Assembly: GCA_037446635.1 (NCBI GenBank)
Contig: JBBIIG010000036.1
Location: 1-41,185 of the forward strand
DNA length: 41,185 nt
Reading direction: 5' to 3'
DNA from: a bacterium
GTDB taxonomy: Bacteria > Zhuqueibacterota > Zhuqueibacteria > Oceanimicrobiales > Oceanimicrobiaceae
The notes under the pieces were generated by a model. The model was not told the DNA's origin and made no database searches. It saw only the letters and a program-made list of their open reading frames with translations. The first letter of the stretch is position 1; every line of letters begins with the position of its first letter. The position numbers and the translations under genes are program-made. Positions 16,656 through 26,253 of the stretch are shown piece after piece.

Positions 16656-17075
16656 GTGAATGAGATTGAGCTGCGATTACCGAGCGATCCCAAACTGTTA
16701 AAGATTGTTCGCGCCAGCGTTTCCATTTTGTGCGAGCTTTGCGCTTTAGCCGATGACGAGAGAAACGCGGTGACGCTGGCAGTGGATGAAGCGGTGGCCA
16801 ACATCATCAAACATACTTATAACGGCGCGAACGATAAACCGATCTTGATTTCATTTCGAGTCTGCGAAGATTCTTTGCAAGTGGTTTTGCGCGATTTCGG
16901 CGATAAGCTGGATTTGAGCAAAATCAAAGCGCGCGATTTGGATGACATCCGCCCCGGCGGGCTGGGCGTTCATTTCATCAAGAGCGCGATGGATGAAGTG
17001 GATTATGACAACACGTTGGAAGTCGGCAACCAATTGACGCTGACCAAATACTTATCCCCCAAGAAGGAGAAATAA
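16656..17075 (+). CDS. rsbW: RsbW/SpoIIAB-like anti-sigma Ser kinase (HATPase_c)
   Basis: LAVDEAVANIIKH (N box), DFG, PGGLGV (G box); GTG start. Confidence 0.88.
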   Translation: MNEIELRLPSDPKLLKIVRASVSILCELCALADDERNAVTLAVDEAVANIIKHTYNGANDKPILISFRVCEDSLQVVLRDFGDKLDLSKIKARDLDDIRPGGLGVHFIKSAMDEVDYDNTLEVGNQLTLTKYLSPKKEK

Positions 17076-17407
17076 TGGAAGTTCGAGTCACCGATCACGA
17101 TTCCATCAAAATTGTGGAGGTAGAGGGCGAAGTCGATCTCTATTCTTCGCCGCAATTGCGAAAGATACTGATTGACTTGACCAAAGAGGAGCGCAAATCC
17201 ATTTTAGTGGAGCTCGGCAAAGTTAAATACATGGACAGCTCCGGCATCGCCACGTTGGTGGAGGCGCTGCAGCAAATCAGCAAATACAGCGGCAAGTTGA
17301 AATTAGCCAACCTGCGCGACGCCGTGCGCGATGTGTTCGAGCTCAGCCGGCTGGACAAAGTGTTCGACATTTACCCAACCATTGACGACGCCTTAAAAGC
17401 ATTTTGA
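17075..17407 (+). CDS. rsbV: STAS-domain protein (RsbV/SpoIIAA-like; positionally MlaB-like)
   Basis: GEVDLYSSPQLR, YMDSSGIATLV with the phospho-acceptor Ser; start overlaps the rsbW stop. Confidence 0.88.
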   Translation: MEVRVTDHDSIKIVEVEGEVDLYSSPQLRKILIDLTKEERKSILVELGKVKYMDSSGIATLVEALQQISKYSGKLKLANLRDAVRDVFELSRLDKVFDIYPTIDDALKAF

Positions 17408-17410
17408 AAG

Positions 17411-18214
17411 ATGGATTTCGTACTCAGAATTTTTAGCGGCATCGGCCGCGCCGCCTTTAATTTTCTCACTCAGATCAGCCGCATCTCGTCGCTGATGGGG
17501 CAGACCTTTTACTGGACCTTTGCCGCGCCGCTCAAAGGCCAGAAATTAGGCGTGCGCAGCACTATCGAACAGATGGTGCGCATCGGCTACGAGTCGATTC
17601 CAATCGTCGGGTTGATTTCGTTTTTCGTCGGGCTGATCATCGCCATGCAATCGGCCTATCAGCTGGCGCAATTTGGCGCCACCATTTACGTGGCGAATTT
17701 GGTGGCGGTCTCCATCGTGCGGGAATTGTCGCCGCTGCTGACGGCGATCATTGTCACTGGCCGCAACGGCTCTGCCATCACCGCGGAGATCGGCACCATG
17801 AAAGTCTCGGAAGAGATCGACGCTTTGCGCACCATGGGCTTCAACCCCGTCAAATTTTTAGTGGTGCCGCGCACCATCGCGATGTTGATCATGCTGCCCG
17901 CGCTGACCATTTTAGGAAATTTTATCGGCATCTTCGGCGGCTACACCATCGCCATGGCCACCCTCGATATCACCAGCACCCGCTACATCAATCAAACCAT
18001 CTCGGCGCTGGTTTTCAAAGACCTGTTTAGCGGGCTGGTCAAGAGCTTCTTTTTTGCGGTGATCATCGCCACCATCGGCAACTACGAGGGCTTCAACGTC
18101 GAAGGCGGGGCCGAAGGCGTGGGGAAGTCCACCACCAAGTCGGTGGTCACGTCGATTTTTTTGATCATCGCCGCCGACGTGTTTTTCACGGCGCTGTTTT
18201 ATTCAACCTTTTGA
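17411..18214 (+). CDS. mlaE: MlaE/YrbE-family ABC permease
   Basis: RELSPLLTAIIVTGRNGSAITAEIGTMKVSEEIDAL, GGAEGVGKSTT. Confidence 0.93.
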   Translation: MDFVLRIFSGIGRAAFNFLTQISRISSLMGQTFYWTFAAPLKGQKLGVRSTIEQMVRIGYESIPIVGLISFFVGLIIAMQSAYQLAQFGATIYVANLVAVSIVRELSPLLTAIIVTGRNGSAITAEIGTMKVSEEIDALRTMGFNPVKFLVVPRTIAMLIMLPALTILGNFIGIFGGYTIAMATLDITSTRYINQTISALVFKDLFSGLVKSFFFAVIIATIGNYEGFNVEGGAEGVGKSTTKSVVTSIFLIIAADVFFTALFYSTF

Positions 18215-18217
18215 GTT

Positions 18218-19009
18218 ATGCAGGAACCCATCATTCAGGTTAGGGATTTGGTTGTCAAATATGGCAACCGCACCGTCCTCGACGGCATCAATTTGGACAT
18301 CTATAAAGGCGAGTCCATCGCCATTTTGGGAAAATCCGGCTGCGGCAAAAGCACGCTGCTGCGTCACATGATTGGTCTCTCCAAACCCACCAGCGGCCAA
18401 ATTCTCATCCGGGGAAAAGACATCATCCCCATGAAGGAGGAGGAAAAGATTGAGATTCTAAAGAAGGTCGGCATGTTGTTTCAATCGGCCGCGCTGTTCA
18501 ACTCCATGAGCGTGGGCGACAACGTGGCGCTGCCGCTGCGGGAACACACCTCGCTGGAAGAAAGCACCATGCGCATCATGATCAACATGAAATTGGATTC
18601 CGTGGGCTTGGGGGGATTTTATGATTACAAGCCCTCCCAGCTTTCCGGCGGTATGAAAAAGCGCGCGGGGCTGGCGCGGGCGCTGGCGATGGATCCGGAG
18701 ATTCTCTTTTGCGATGAACCTTCGGCCGGCTTGGATCCGGTGGTGGCGGCCGGCATCGACAACTTGATTTTGAAACTCAAGAAAGCATTCAAAATGACCA
18801 TCATCGTCGTCACCCACGAGCTGGCGTCGGTGGAGATTATCGCCGATCGCGTGGCCATGATGCACCAGGGCAAAATTTTAGCGGTGGGAACGAAAGAGGA
18901 GTTGCTGGCGAGCGAGCATCCGGTCATCCGGCAATTTTTTAACCGCGAGCCGGACGATGAGACCACCGACAAGGATAAAGTTTTGAGCGCGTTGATCAGC
19001 GAGAATTAA
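18218..19009 (+). CDS. mlaF: MlaF/Mkl-family ABC ATPase
   Basis: GKSGCGKST, LFQSAALF, LSGGMKKR, CDEPSAGLDP, VTHE. Confidence 0.93.
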   Translation: MQEPIIQVRDLVVKYGNRTVLDGINLDIYKGESIAILGKSGCGKSTLLRHMIGLSKPTSGQILIRGKDIIPMKEEEKIEILKKVGMLFQSAALFNSMSVGDNVALPLREHTSLEESTMRIMINMKLDSVGLGGFYDYKPSQLSGGMKKRAGLARALAMDPEILFCDEPSAGLDPVVAAGIDNLILKLKKAFKMTIIVVTHELASVEIIADRVAMMHQGKILAVGTKEELLASEHPVIRQFFNREPDDETTDKDKVLSALISEN

Positions 19010-19023
19010 CATCAGGAGCAGCT

Positions 19024-19917
19024 ATGGAAAAATCCAACGAAATTAAAGCCGGCGCGACCATTGTGGTCAGCGCGATCATCTTAGTGGCTTTTTTGATCGT
19101 CATTTTTGGAGTCGATTTCGGCGAGCAAACCAAAGAATATCAAACCTACTTGAATTATATCGGCGGCATCCAGCAGGGCTCGCTGGTTAAGTACGGCGGC
19201 ATGGATGTGGGTTCGGTTACCGAAATTGCCCTGCCGGAGGGCGACAACATTCAGATTCGGCTCAAAATAAAAATCGACGACAAAACCCCGGTGCGGATCG
19301 ACTCCAAGGCGTTTGTGACCTCCATCGGCATCATGGCGGATCAGCATATCGAAATTTCCGCCGGTTCGCTCGATTCGCCGCTGCTGCCGGCTGGCAGCGT
19401 CATTCAAAGCAAAGAGGTGCTGGGATTCGCGCAGATGGCCGAGCCATTAGGTGAGTTGAACGAGCAGGTGCAGGAACTTCTCACGCGGGTGAGCGACGTG
19501 TTCAACGAACAAAACCGCGAACACATCGGCAACGTGCTCGCCAACTTCGACAATATCATGACCCAGGGGCAGAAGCAATTTTTGAGCGTCGTGCAAAACC
19601 TCGACAATCTCACCGCCCACATGGCCAGCATCAGCGAAGATTTAAACGAGCTAATGGATAAAAACAAAGGCAACTTTGATCAGACCCTCGGACATTTGCA
19701 AAAAACCACCGAGGAAACCACCAAGCTCATCACCGATATTCGTCAGACCATGAGGACTCTCGAGAATATTTTGTCGGCCAATACCACCAGCATTGTTGAT
19801 ATCATGGAAAATTTTCAATATGCATCGCAAAATATGGAGGAGTTTACTCGTACCGTCAAAGAGCGGCCGTGGCTGCTCATTCGCAAGGACGCGCCGCCGG
19901 AGAGAAAGCTGCCTTAA
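19024..19917 (+). CDS. mlaD: MlaD/MCE-domain protein with long coiled coil
   Basis: N-terminal TM, GSLVKYGGMDVGSV MCE motif, helical tail ending ERPWLLIR. Confidence 0.9.
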   Translation: MEKSNEIKAGATIVVSAIILVAFLIVIFGVDFGEQTKEYQTYLNYIGGIQQGSLVKYGGMDVGSVTEIALPEGDNIQIRLKIKIDDKTPVRIDSKAFVTSIGIMADQHIEISAGSLDSPLLPAGSVIQSKEVLGFAQMAEPLGELNEQVQELLTRVSDVFNEQNREHIGNVLANFDNIMTQGQKQFLSVVQNLDNLTAHMASISEDLNELMDKNKGNFDQTLGHLQKTTEETTKLITDIRQTMRTLENILSANTTSIVDIMENFQYASQNMEEFTRTVKERPWLLIRKDAPPERKLP

Positions 19918-19927
19918 ATGTCTGTGA

Positions 19928-19960
19928 GCAGTTGGCGACGGCAGTAGCCTACTGCCTACT
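19928..19960. repeat. Short inverted heptamer array after mlaD
   Basis: gcagttg gcgacg gcagtag / cctactg cctacta. Confidence 0.5.
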
Positions 19961-19990
19961 AATTTTATAGAGTAAATTTGAGGATGAAGG

Positions 19991-20593
19991 ATGAAACAAC
20001 TCACCTGGGTCATGGCATGTTCGTTGTTGTCGATGATGTGCGCGTGCGGCAGTGTGCCGCCCACTTATTATTATAAAATCGATTACGAGGTGGCGCACGC
20101 GCAGAACAGCGCCGTCCATCCCGTAACCATCGGCGTGAGCCAGTTTGGGGCGGATGTGCTTTACGAAAGCGACAAGATCGTTTATCGCGATTCGCCGTAC
20201 GAAGTACAGTTTTATCACTACCGCCGCTGGATCGCGCCGCCGAAACAGATCGTGACCGAAAAAACCTATCAGCAGTTTCGCGCCTCGGGCATGTTTCAAC
20301 GTGTAGTGCGCCTCCCCTCGACGTTTCAAATCGATTATGTTTTGAAAGGCCGAATCACAGCTTTTGAAGAGTGGGACGAAGGGCAATCGTGGTATGGTGT
20401 GGTGACCATTGAATTTCAACTGCACTCGCCCAACAGCAACGAAGTGGTGTGGGAAGACGTCATCTCCGAGAGAACCGCCTCTGGCAAAAAAGAACCCGCC
20501 GAAGTGGTCAAAGCCATCAGCGAAAGCCTCAACAAAGTCGTCGCGCGCTCGATAAACGAAATTAGCGCGTACCTGCTTTCGAGTCAAAACTAA
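19991..20593 (+). CDS. PqiC/ABC_trans_aux-family outer-membrane lipoprotein
   Basis: Lipobox-like MMCAC-G followed by PPTYYY; IVYR, RWIAPP, LKGRITAFEE; follows the MCE gene. Confidence 0.82.
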   Translation: MKQLTWVMACSLLSMMCACGSVPPTYYYKIDYEVAHAQNSAVHPVTIGVSQFGADVLYESDKIVYRDSPYEVQFYHYRRWIAPPKQIVTEKTYQQFRASGMFQRVVRLPSTFQIDYVLKGRITAFEEWDEGQSWYGVVTIEFQLHSPNSNEVVWEDVISERTASGKKEPAEVVKAISESLNKVVARSINEISAYLLSSQN

Positions 20594-20741
20594 ATGAGCA
20601 GTAATAAAGTCGAGTTTGCTTTGAGGGCGGAAGGTTCCTGAGAAATTTGTACTTTGAATTCTTCGTGCTCTTCGTGGTAGCGCGAAGTCGTATTGTCATT
20701 CGAGCGCTGCATCTTTTAGGGGAAAATAGGGGAGAAAGATT

Positions 20742-22094
20742 ATGTTATCTTCTTTTGAGATACTGGTCGTCGAAGATAATGATATCGTGCGTGAGACTCT
20801 TGAGCTTTTGTTCAAAAAATCGGGTTACGGCGCCAGCGCCGTTGAAAGCGGCCCACGCGCGTTGGAGTTGATGAAGCAGCGCTACTTCGATTTGGTCGTT
20901 ACCGATTATTTGATGGAGCCCATCGACGGCATCGAGCTGACTCGCGAGATCAAAAAGAATTGGCCGGCAACCGACGTGTTGATGATCACCGCTTACGGCA
21001 CCATCCCCAAAGGCGTGGAAGCGATGCAGTCGGGCGCCGCCGATTATATCACGAAGCCGTTTCAAAACTCCGAGCTGCTCGCGCGCATCTCCCGGCTCAA
21101 AGAAACACGGGGAATCGAAGAGCAGCGCCGCATCATGCAGGGCGAAATTCGCAACGTCGCGGAGTTTGATGCCATTATTGGTTGTTCGGACGAGATCATG
21201 CAGGTTCTGTCGTTGGTGCTTCGAGTCGCGCCCACCAACTCACCGGTGCTGATTTCCGGGGAGAGCGGCACCGGCAAAGAACTCATCGCGCAGGCCATTC
21301 ACGTGCGCAGTAACCGTAGCCAGGGCCCGTTTATCACCGTCAATTGCGGCGGCATTTCCGAATCCCTGCAGGAAAGCGAGCTGTTCGGGCATGTCAAAGG
21401 CGCGTTCACCGGCGCCGTCAGCGATAAAATGGGATTACTGGAGGCCGCTCACGGCGGGACGCTGTTTCTGGACGAGATCGCGGAATTGACCGCCTCGGCG
21501 CAAGTGGCGATGCTGCGCTTTCTGCAAAACAACGAGATCCGAAAAGTCGGCGATCACACCATCCGCACCGCCGACGTGCGCTTGATTGCGGCCACCAACA
21601 AAGACCTGCAGCAGCAAACAAAGCGCGGCCGCTTTCGCGAGGATCTGTTTTATCGCATCAATGTTTTTCCCATCTCGGCGCCGCCGCTGCGCCAGCGCAA
21701 AGAAGATATTCCGCTTTTGATCAATCATTTTCTCAACCTCCATGGTAAGTTAACTACCGAGCGTTCCGTGACCAAAATTTCGAAACGGGCGCTGGCTATG
21801 CTGATGAATTACCACTGGCCGGGAAATATTCGCGAGCTGGAAAATGTCGTGCGCCGGGCGATCTCCCTGAGCGACGTGGATGAGATCACGCCCACCGTTC
21901 TGCCAGATGAAATTTGCGACCGCGAAAAAAATAGCGCGCTGGAGCCCGCGCGCGGCAACGGTAAACTGGCGGAAATTGAAATGGCGGTTATTTTAAAAAC
22001 TTTGGAGGAGATGAAAGGCAATCGCAAGAAAACGGCCGAGCGGTTAGGAATTTCCACCACCACCCTGTGGCGAAAACTCAAGCGCCGTTCTTGA
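20742..22094 (+). CDS. NtrC/AtoC-family sigma-54-dependent response regulator
   Basis: Receiver domain; GESGTGKE, ESELFGH, GAFTGA, LFLDEI, WPGNIREL; Fis-type HTH. Confidence 0.95.
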   Translation: MLSSFEILVVEDNDIVRETLELLFKKSGYGASAVESGPRALELMKQRYFDLVVTDYLMEPIDGIELTREIKKNWPATDVLMITAYGTIPKGVEAMQSGAADYITKPFQNSELLARISRLKETRGIEEQRRIMQGEIRNVAEFDAIIGCSDEIMQVLSLVLRVAPTNSPVLISGESGTGKELIAQAIHVRSNRSQGPFITVNCGGISESLQESELFGHVKGAFTGAVSDKMGLLEAAHGGTLFLDEIAELTASAQVAMLRFLQNNEIRKVGDHTIRTADVRLIAATNKDLQQQTKRGRFREDLFYRINVFPISAPPLRQRKEDIPLLINHFLNLHGKLTTERSVTKISKRALAMLMNYHWPGNIRELENVVRRAISLSDVDEITPTVLPDEICDREKNSALEPARGNGKLAEIEMAVILKTLEEMKGNRKKTAERLGISTTTLWRKLKRRS

Positions 22095-22180
22095 ACCCCA
22101 CATTCATACTTTGACTCTAACCGAGATAGCTGAAACGACGTTCTGCCTGGTTTTGTTAGAATTTTTGAAAGGAGGAGGCG

Positions 22181-22882
22181 ATGGCAGAGAAGTCCGTTAC
22201 CAATAATCCGATTTTTTTAAAAGGGTTGATCATCGTTTTGTTGGTGGTTATTGCGGCAGCGGTTCTGTACCGGGTGTACTTGGTTGAGCCGGTTCCCAAT
22301 GATTCAAAATTAGCTGGGTTGGAAAAAACTTTGCAGGACATCCGGGCGGCCATGAACGTCGATACCGTCCGCCAGTACAACATTCAGAAAGTGATGAAAA
22401 TCATCAGCCGCTACAATCAGAGTTTGCCCTCCAGCGTCAAGTACGAAATCGCGGAGGAAATTTTTGAGATGAGCGTCAAGTACACCAATTTAGACGTGGA
22501 ATTGCTGTGCGCCGCCATCACCCAGGAAAGCGCCGCCACCTGGTCGCCGGAGATTGTCTCCGCGTCCGGGGCCATGGGCTTGATGCAAATTCTGCCCATC
22601 ACCGCGATTTGGATCGCCCATTACGAAGGCATCACCTGGACCTCACCGGAGGATGTCCTGTTCAATCCGATTTATAACATTCGTATCGGCAGCCGGTTTC
22701 TTTCGGCACTGATTGATCGCTACGGTTTGGAGGGAGGGCTGGCGGCTTTCAACGGTGGAGAAAAACGCGCCGCCATTTGGTTGGAAAACAACAAAGCCGA
22801 TGGCGTGCTATCGGTTGAGACCAGCAATTTCATCGCGTTGGTTCTCGCGCTTCAGAATGAATTTAAATCCATGACTCTTTAA
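22181..22882 (+). CDS. Membrane-anchored SLT-family lytic transglycosylase
   Basis: TM anchor; catalytic QES, GAMGLMQI, NIRIG, AAFNGG; strong RBS AAGGAGG. Confidence 0.88.
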   Translation: MAEKSVTNNPIFLKGLIIVLLVVIAAAVLYRVYLVEPVPNDSKLAGLEKTLQDIRAAMNVDTVRQYNIQKVMKIISRYNQSLPSSVKYEIAEEIFEMSVKYTNLDVELLCAAITQESAATWSPEIVSASGAMGLMQILPITAIWIAHYEGITWTSPEDVLFNPIYNIRIGSRFLSALIDRYGLEGGLAAFNGGEKRAAIWLENNKADGVLSVETSNFIALVLALQNEFKSMTL

Positions 22883-22925
22883 TTCACTACTTGACATTTT
22901 GAGTAGTTTGTTTTTAATTCGATTC

Positions 22926-23738
22926 ATGCCAGCCTCAAAGGTCAAATCTACCAAGAAGAGAGAATCCAGAGTTGCAGGAATGCTGGACGTTCTCTATCGC
23001 ATCGGAGGTTATCTCCAAGCTTCCTCTGAACCGCGCGACCTTGCAGAAAAAATGTATAAGCTAATTGGCCGCGTGATCCCGTGCGAGCTGTTTGCCGTTG
23101 CTTTATATGAACCGCACTCCGATGAATTGGATTTTGTTTTTATTGCCGCAGCGGGCAAGAAAAATTCTCACGCTTTGCGGATATCCGCTCCGGCTCTGAT
23201 TCGCGACGCGATTTTGAAAAAGAAATTAGTTGTCAAAAACCGACTCGCGGGGAACGCGAAGACCATCAGCCAGTACGTCAACCAGAACGGTTTTGCGAGG
23301 CCGTCCGGCTCGCTCATTGTCAGCCCGATTTTATGCAATGGCGGCGCGGGGGGCGTTTTATGCGTGGAAAGTCGCCGCCGCAACGCCTTTTCACCGGAGG
23401 TTTGCAAGTGGTTCGCTATCATTTGCAGCCAAATCGGCGGCGTGTTTGGGCAAACGATCGACGATTCTCAAAATGGCGATCGCGCCAGTGCGGCTCTTTC
23501 TGAATGCCGCCAGTTTCTTGAAATGGCGCGAAAAATCGGCCATGAAATGAACCAGCCTTTAACCGGCATTTCCGGTTATTGCACCCTGATGATGGAGGAG
23601 TGCGACGAGGGCGATCCTATCTATCGCGATCTCCAACAAATCCAACAACAAACCAAGCGGCTCGAGCAACTGATTTTTGAGTTTCAAACTTTATCGCGAA
23701 CCATCTCCCCAAAAGAATCGGAAACCAGCACCGAATAA
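22926..23738 (+). CDS. GAF + HisKA protein lacking a HATPase domain
   Basis: GAF-like domain, then H-box GHEMNQPLTGISGY; the protein ends about 65 aa later. Start uncertain. Confidence 0.75.
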   Translation: MPASKVKSTKKRESRVAGMLDVLYRIGGYLQASSEPRDLAEKMYKLIGRVIPCELFAVALYEPHSDELDFVFIAAAGKKNSHALRISAPALIRDAILKKKLVVKNRLAGNAKTISQYVNQNGFARPSGSLIVSPILCNGGAGGVLCVESRRRNAFSPEVCKWFAIICSQIGGVFGQTIDDSQNGDRASAALSECRQFLEMARKIGHEMNQPLTGISGYCTLMMEECDEGDPIYRDLQQIQQQTKRLEQLIFEFQTLSRTISPKESETSTE

Positions 23739-23759
23739 CCCTGCATACAAAAATTCAAC

Positions 23760-24905
23760 ATGGTCGAAACTTCCAAAAAAATTTTGATCGTCGATGACGA
23801 GGACGTCATCCGTGATGTTTGCCGGCGCAGCCTTGAAAAGCCGGGCTATTCAGTCGAGACGGCGGAGAACGGCGTGATCGCTCTGGAAAAAATGCGCGCG
23901 GCCAGTATTGACATCGTTTTTAGCGACATCAAAATGCCCATCATGACCGGCGTCGAGTTGTTGGAGGCCATCAAGCGCGACTACCCCCACACCGAAGTCA
24001 TCATGATGACCGCTTTTGCCACGGTGGAGAACGCCATTGCGGCCATGAAAAAGGGCGCGTACGATTTCATTCTCAAACCCATCAAGCCGGATCAAATCCG
24101 CATGGCCGCGGAGAAGTGTTTCGAGAAAATTCAGTTAAGCGAGGAAAACAAAGCGCTGCGCTCCGCCAACCAAAAGCTGCTGGAACTGCAAACGGTAAAA
24201 GACAAATTCGTCGCCATCACCAGCCATGAGCTGAGAACTCCCGTGAGCCACTTGAAGGGCTATTTCGGAATTCTGAACGACGAGTTGTATCAGCAATTGT
24301 CCGATGAAGAAAAGAGCCAGTGCAGGCAGGTCATTTTTGACGCCATCAGAGACCTTGAGCTTATTGTCGCGCAAATGCACGATCTGACGCTCGAAGGCGC
24401 CTCCAGCCAACTGCGCGGCGAGCTTTTCGACGTCAACGAGATTATCGAAAAGGCGGTCAACGATTTTCAAATTGTCGCGCGTCTCCGTCAGCAAACGCTC
24501 ACATGTAAAAAGAACCGCACCAATTTGGTGATTCTTGGCGAGCGCAGAAAGATAAAAGGCATCGTACAGGAGCTGATTCAGAACGCCATTAAATTTACCC
24601 CCGACGGCGGCAAAATTGTGGTGAGCGTTCGGCGCGACAGCGACTTTTGCGTCATCAGCGTGAAGGACAACGGCATCGGCATCGACCCGGCGGAACACGG
24701 TAAGATTTTTGAAAAGTTTTATGAGGTGCAGGACAGCCGCTATCACAGCACCAGCAAGAGCGGCTTCATGGGCGGCGGGTTGGGGTTAGGGTTGTCTTCG
24801 GTGCGCGCCATGGCCATCGCCCACGGCGGCGGCGTGAAAGTCAAAAGCGAAAAAGAAAAAGGCGCGGAGTTTTTGATTTATCTGCCAATTGCCCATCAAA
24901 GCTAA
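23760..24905 (+). CDS. Hybrid receiver-histidine kinase
   Basis: ILIVDDE...DIKMP receiver; SHELRTP, NAIKFT, DNGIGI, GLGLGL. Confidence 0.92.
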   Translation: MVETSKKILIVDDEDVIRDVCRRSLEKPGYSVETAENGVIALEKMRAASIDIVFSDIKMPIMTGVELLEAIKRDYPHTEVIMMTAFATVENAIAAMKKGAYDFILKPIKPDQIRMAAEKCFEKIQLSEENKALRSANQKLLELQTVKDKFVAITSHELRTPVSHLKGYFGILNDELYQQLSDEEKSQCRQVIFDAIRDLELIVAQMHDLTLEGASSQLRGELFDVNEIIEKAVNDFQIVARLRQQTLTCKKNRTNLVILGERRKIKGIVQELIQNAIKFTPDGGKIVVSVRRDSDFCVISVKDNGIGIDPAEHGKIFEKFYEVQDSRYHSTSKSGFMGGGLGLGLSSVRAMAIAHGGGVKVKSEKEKGAEFLIYLPIAHQS

Positions 24906-25114
24906 TTCTCACCTCATGCTAATAATGCTATTAAAATTGCGTCTGCGATTGCAAAGATTTCAAAGTAAAGAAATCGAACCCGAACATTGCTGTTGAGCAT
25001 TTTAAAGATAGCAACCGGTGAACTTATATCCATCCTCCCAAAATTTAATATCACCTACGATAATTTCTAGAGCCACCTTAAAAAACTTCAATTCGAATAG
25101 TCTCGCAGTTTAGA

Positions 25115-26164
25115 CTACCCAAAAATCTTGGGATCCGTGGCGTTGGCAAGAGCTTCTTCGCGGGAGATTTTGCCCTGCTCGAGGTAGGTTTTAAGGGCCT
25201 GATCCATGGTCTGCATGCCGTAGGCGCCGCCGGTTTGGATGGCGGAAAAAATCTGGTGGGTCTTTTCTTCGCGGATAAGATTGCGCACCGCCGCGGTGGC
25301 AATCATAATTTCGTGCGCGGCCACGCGACCGTTGCCGTCTTTGGTGGGCAGCAGCCGCTGCGCCACAATGCCCTGCACGGCGTTGGCAAACATGGCGCGG
25401 ATTTGTCCCTGCTGCTCCGCGGGAAAAACATCGACGATGCGGTTGACGGTTTCCGCTGCGCTCATGGTGTGCAGAGTGGCGAAGACGAGGTGGCCGGTTT
25501 CGGCGGCGGTGAGCGCCAGCGAGATGGTTTCGAGGTCGCGCATTTCGCCAACCAGAATGACGTCCGGATCTTCCCGCAGCGCGCTGCGCAGCGCGTTGGC
25601 GAACGAGTGCGTGTGCTGTCCCAGCTCGCGCTGATTGATCAAACAATTTTTGCTGTGGTGCACGTACTCGACGGGGTCTTCAATGGTGAGAATATGCTCG
25701 CGCCGCTCTTTGTTGATGTGATCCAACATCGCCGCCAGCGTGGTCGATTTTCCGGAACCAGTAGGGCCGGTGACCAGCACGATACCTTTTTTGTTATAAC
25801 AAAGCTGGATGATGCCTTTCGGAACCTTCAGTTCTTCCAAAGTTCGCACGCGCTCCGGAATGGTGCGAAACGCCGCGGCCTCGCCGCGCAATTGAAAATA
25901 CAAGTTGGTGCGAAAGCGCGCCACGTTGGGAACGGGATACGCAAAATCGAGCTCGAGGTTTTCTTGTAACGTTTTGCGCTGGCGGTCAGTGAGAATTTCA
26001 TTGAACAGGGAACGCAGACCCTCGCTGGTAATTTTCGCCCCCTCGATTCGCCGCAGGGTGCCGTGAATTCGCAAAATCGGCGGCCCGCCGGCGCTGAGGT
26101 GGATATCGGACGCGTCTTTTTGCACCGCGTAGGTCAGGAGTTTGTCAAGGTCGTCTTTTCGCAT
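25115..26164 (-). CDS. pilT: Type IV pilus retraction ATPase PilT
   Basis: ASDIHL, GPTGSGKST, TIEDPVE, LREDPD, GEMRD, TGHLV, AVRNLIRE; ATG at 26164 (the ORF-track extension enters a repeat). Confidence 0.96.
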   Translation of the reverse strand: MRKDDLDKLLTYAVQKDASDIHLSAGGPPILRIHGTLRRIEGAKITSEGLRSLFNEILTDRQRKTLQENLELDFAYPVPNVARFRTNLYFQLRGEAAAFRTIPERVRTLEELKVPKGIIQLCYNKKGIVLVTGPTGSGKSTTLAAMLDHINKERREHILTIEDPVEYVHHSKNCLINQRELGQHTHSFANALRSALREDPDVILVGEMRDLETISLALTAAETGHLVFATLHTMSAAETVNRIVDVFPAEQQGQIRAMFANAVQGIVAQRLLPTKDGNGRVAAHEIMIATAAVRNLIREEKTHQIFSAIQTGGAYGMQTMDQALKTYLEQGKISREEALANATDPKIFG

Positions 26165-26178
26165 AAATCCTTTTGGGT

Positions 26179-26250
26179 TGTAACTCAAAGCTCTGCTTTT
26201 CCGCAAAGCGGATCGGTATCCGAGAGAGCAAACCAGAGGTTTGCATTACA
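26179..26250. repeat. 72-bp REPIN/MITE-like element, copy 1
   Basis: tgtaactcaaagc...gcaaaccagaggtttgcattaca; near-identical inverted copy at 38573-38645. Confidence 0.9.
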
Positions 26251-26253
26251 GAA

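Noticed and set aside
20661..20678. cttcgtgct cttcgtggt 9-mer doublet before the NtrC gene
   Set aside because: It may be a remnant of another short-repeat family, but two units are too few to support a call.
24906..25114. AT-rich convergent intergenic region, checked for a gene remnant or terminator
   Set aside because: No convincing ORF; only a weak gatttc/gaaatc stem.
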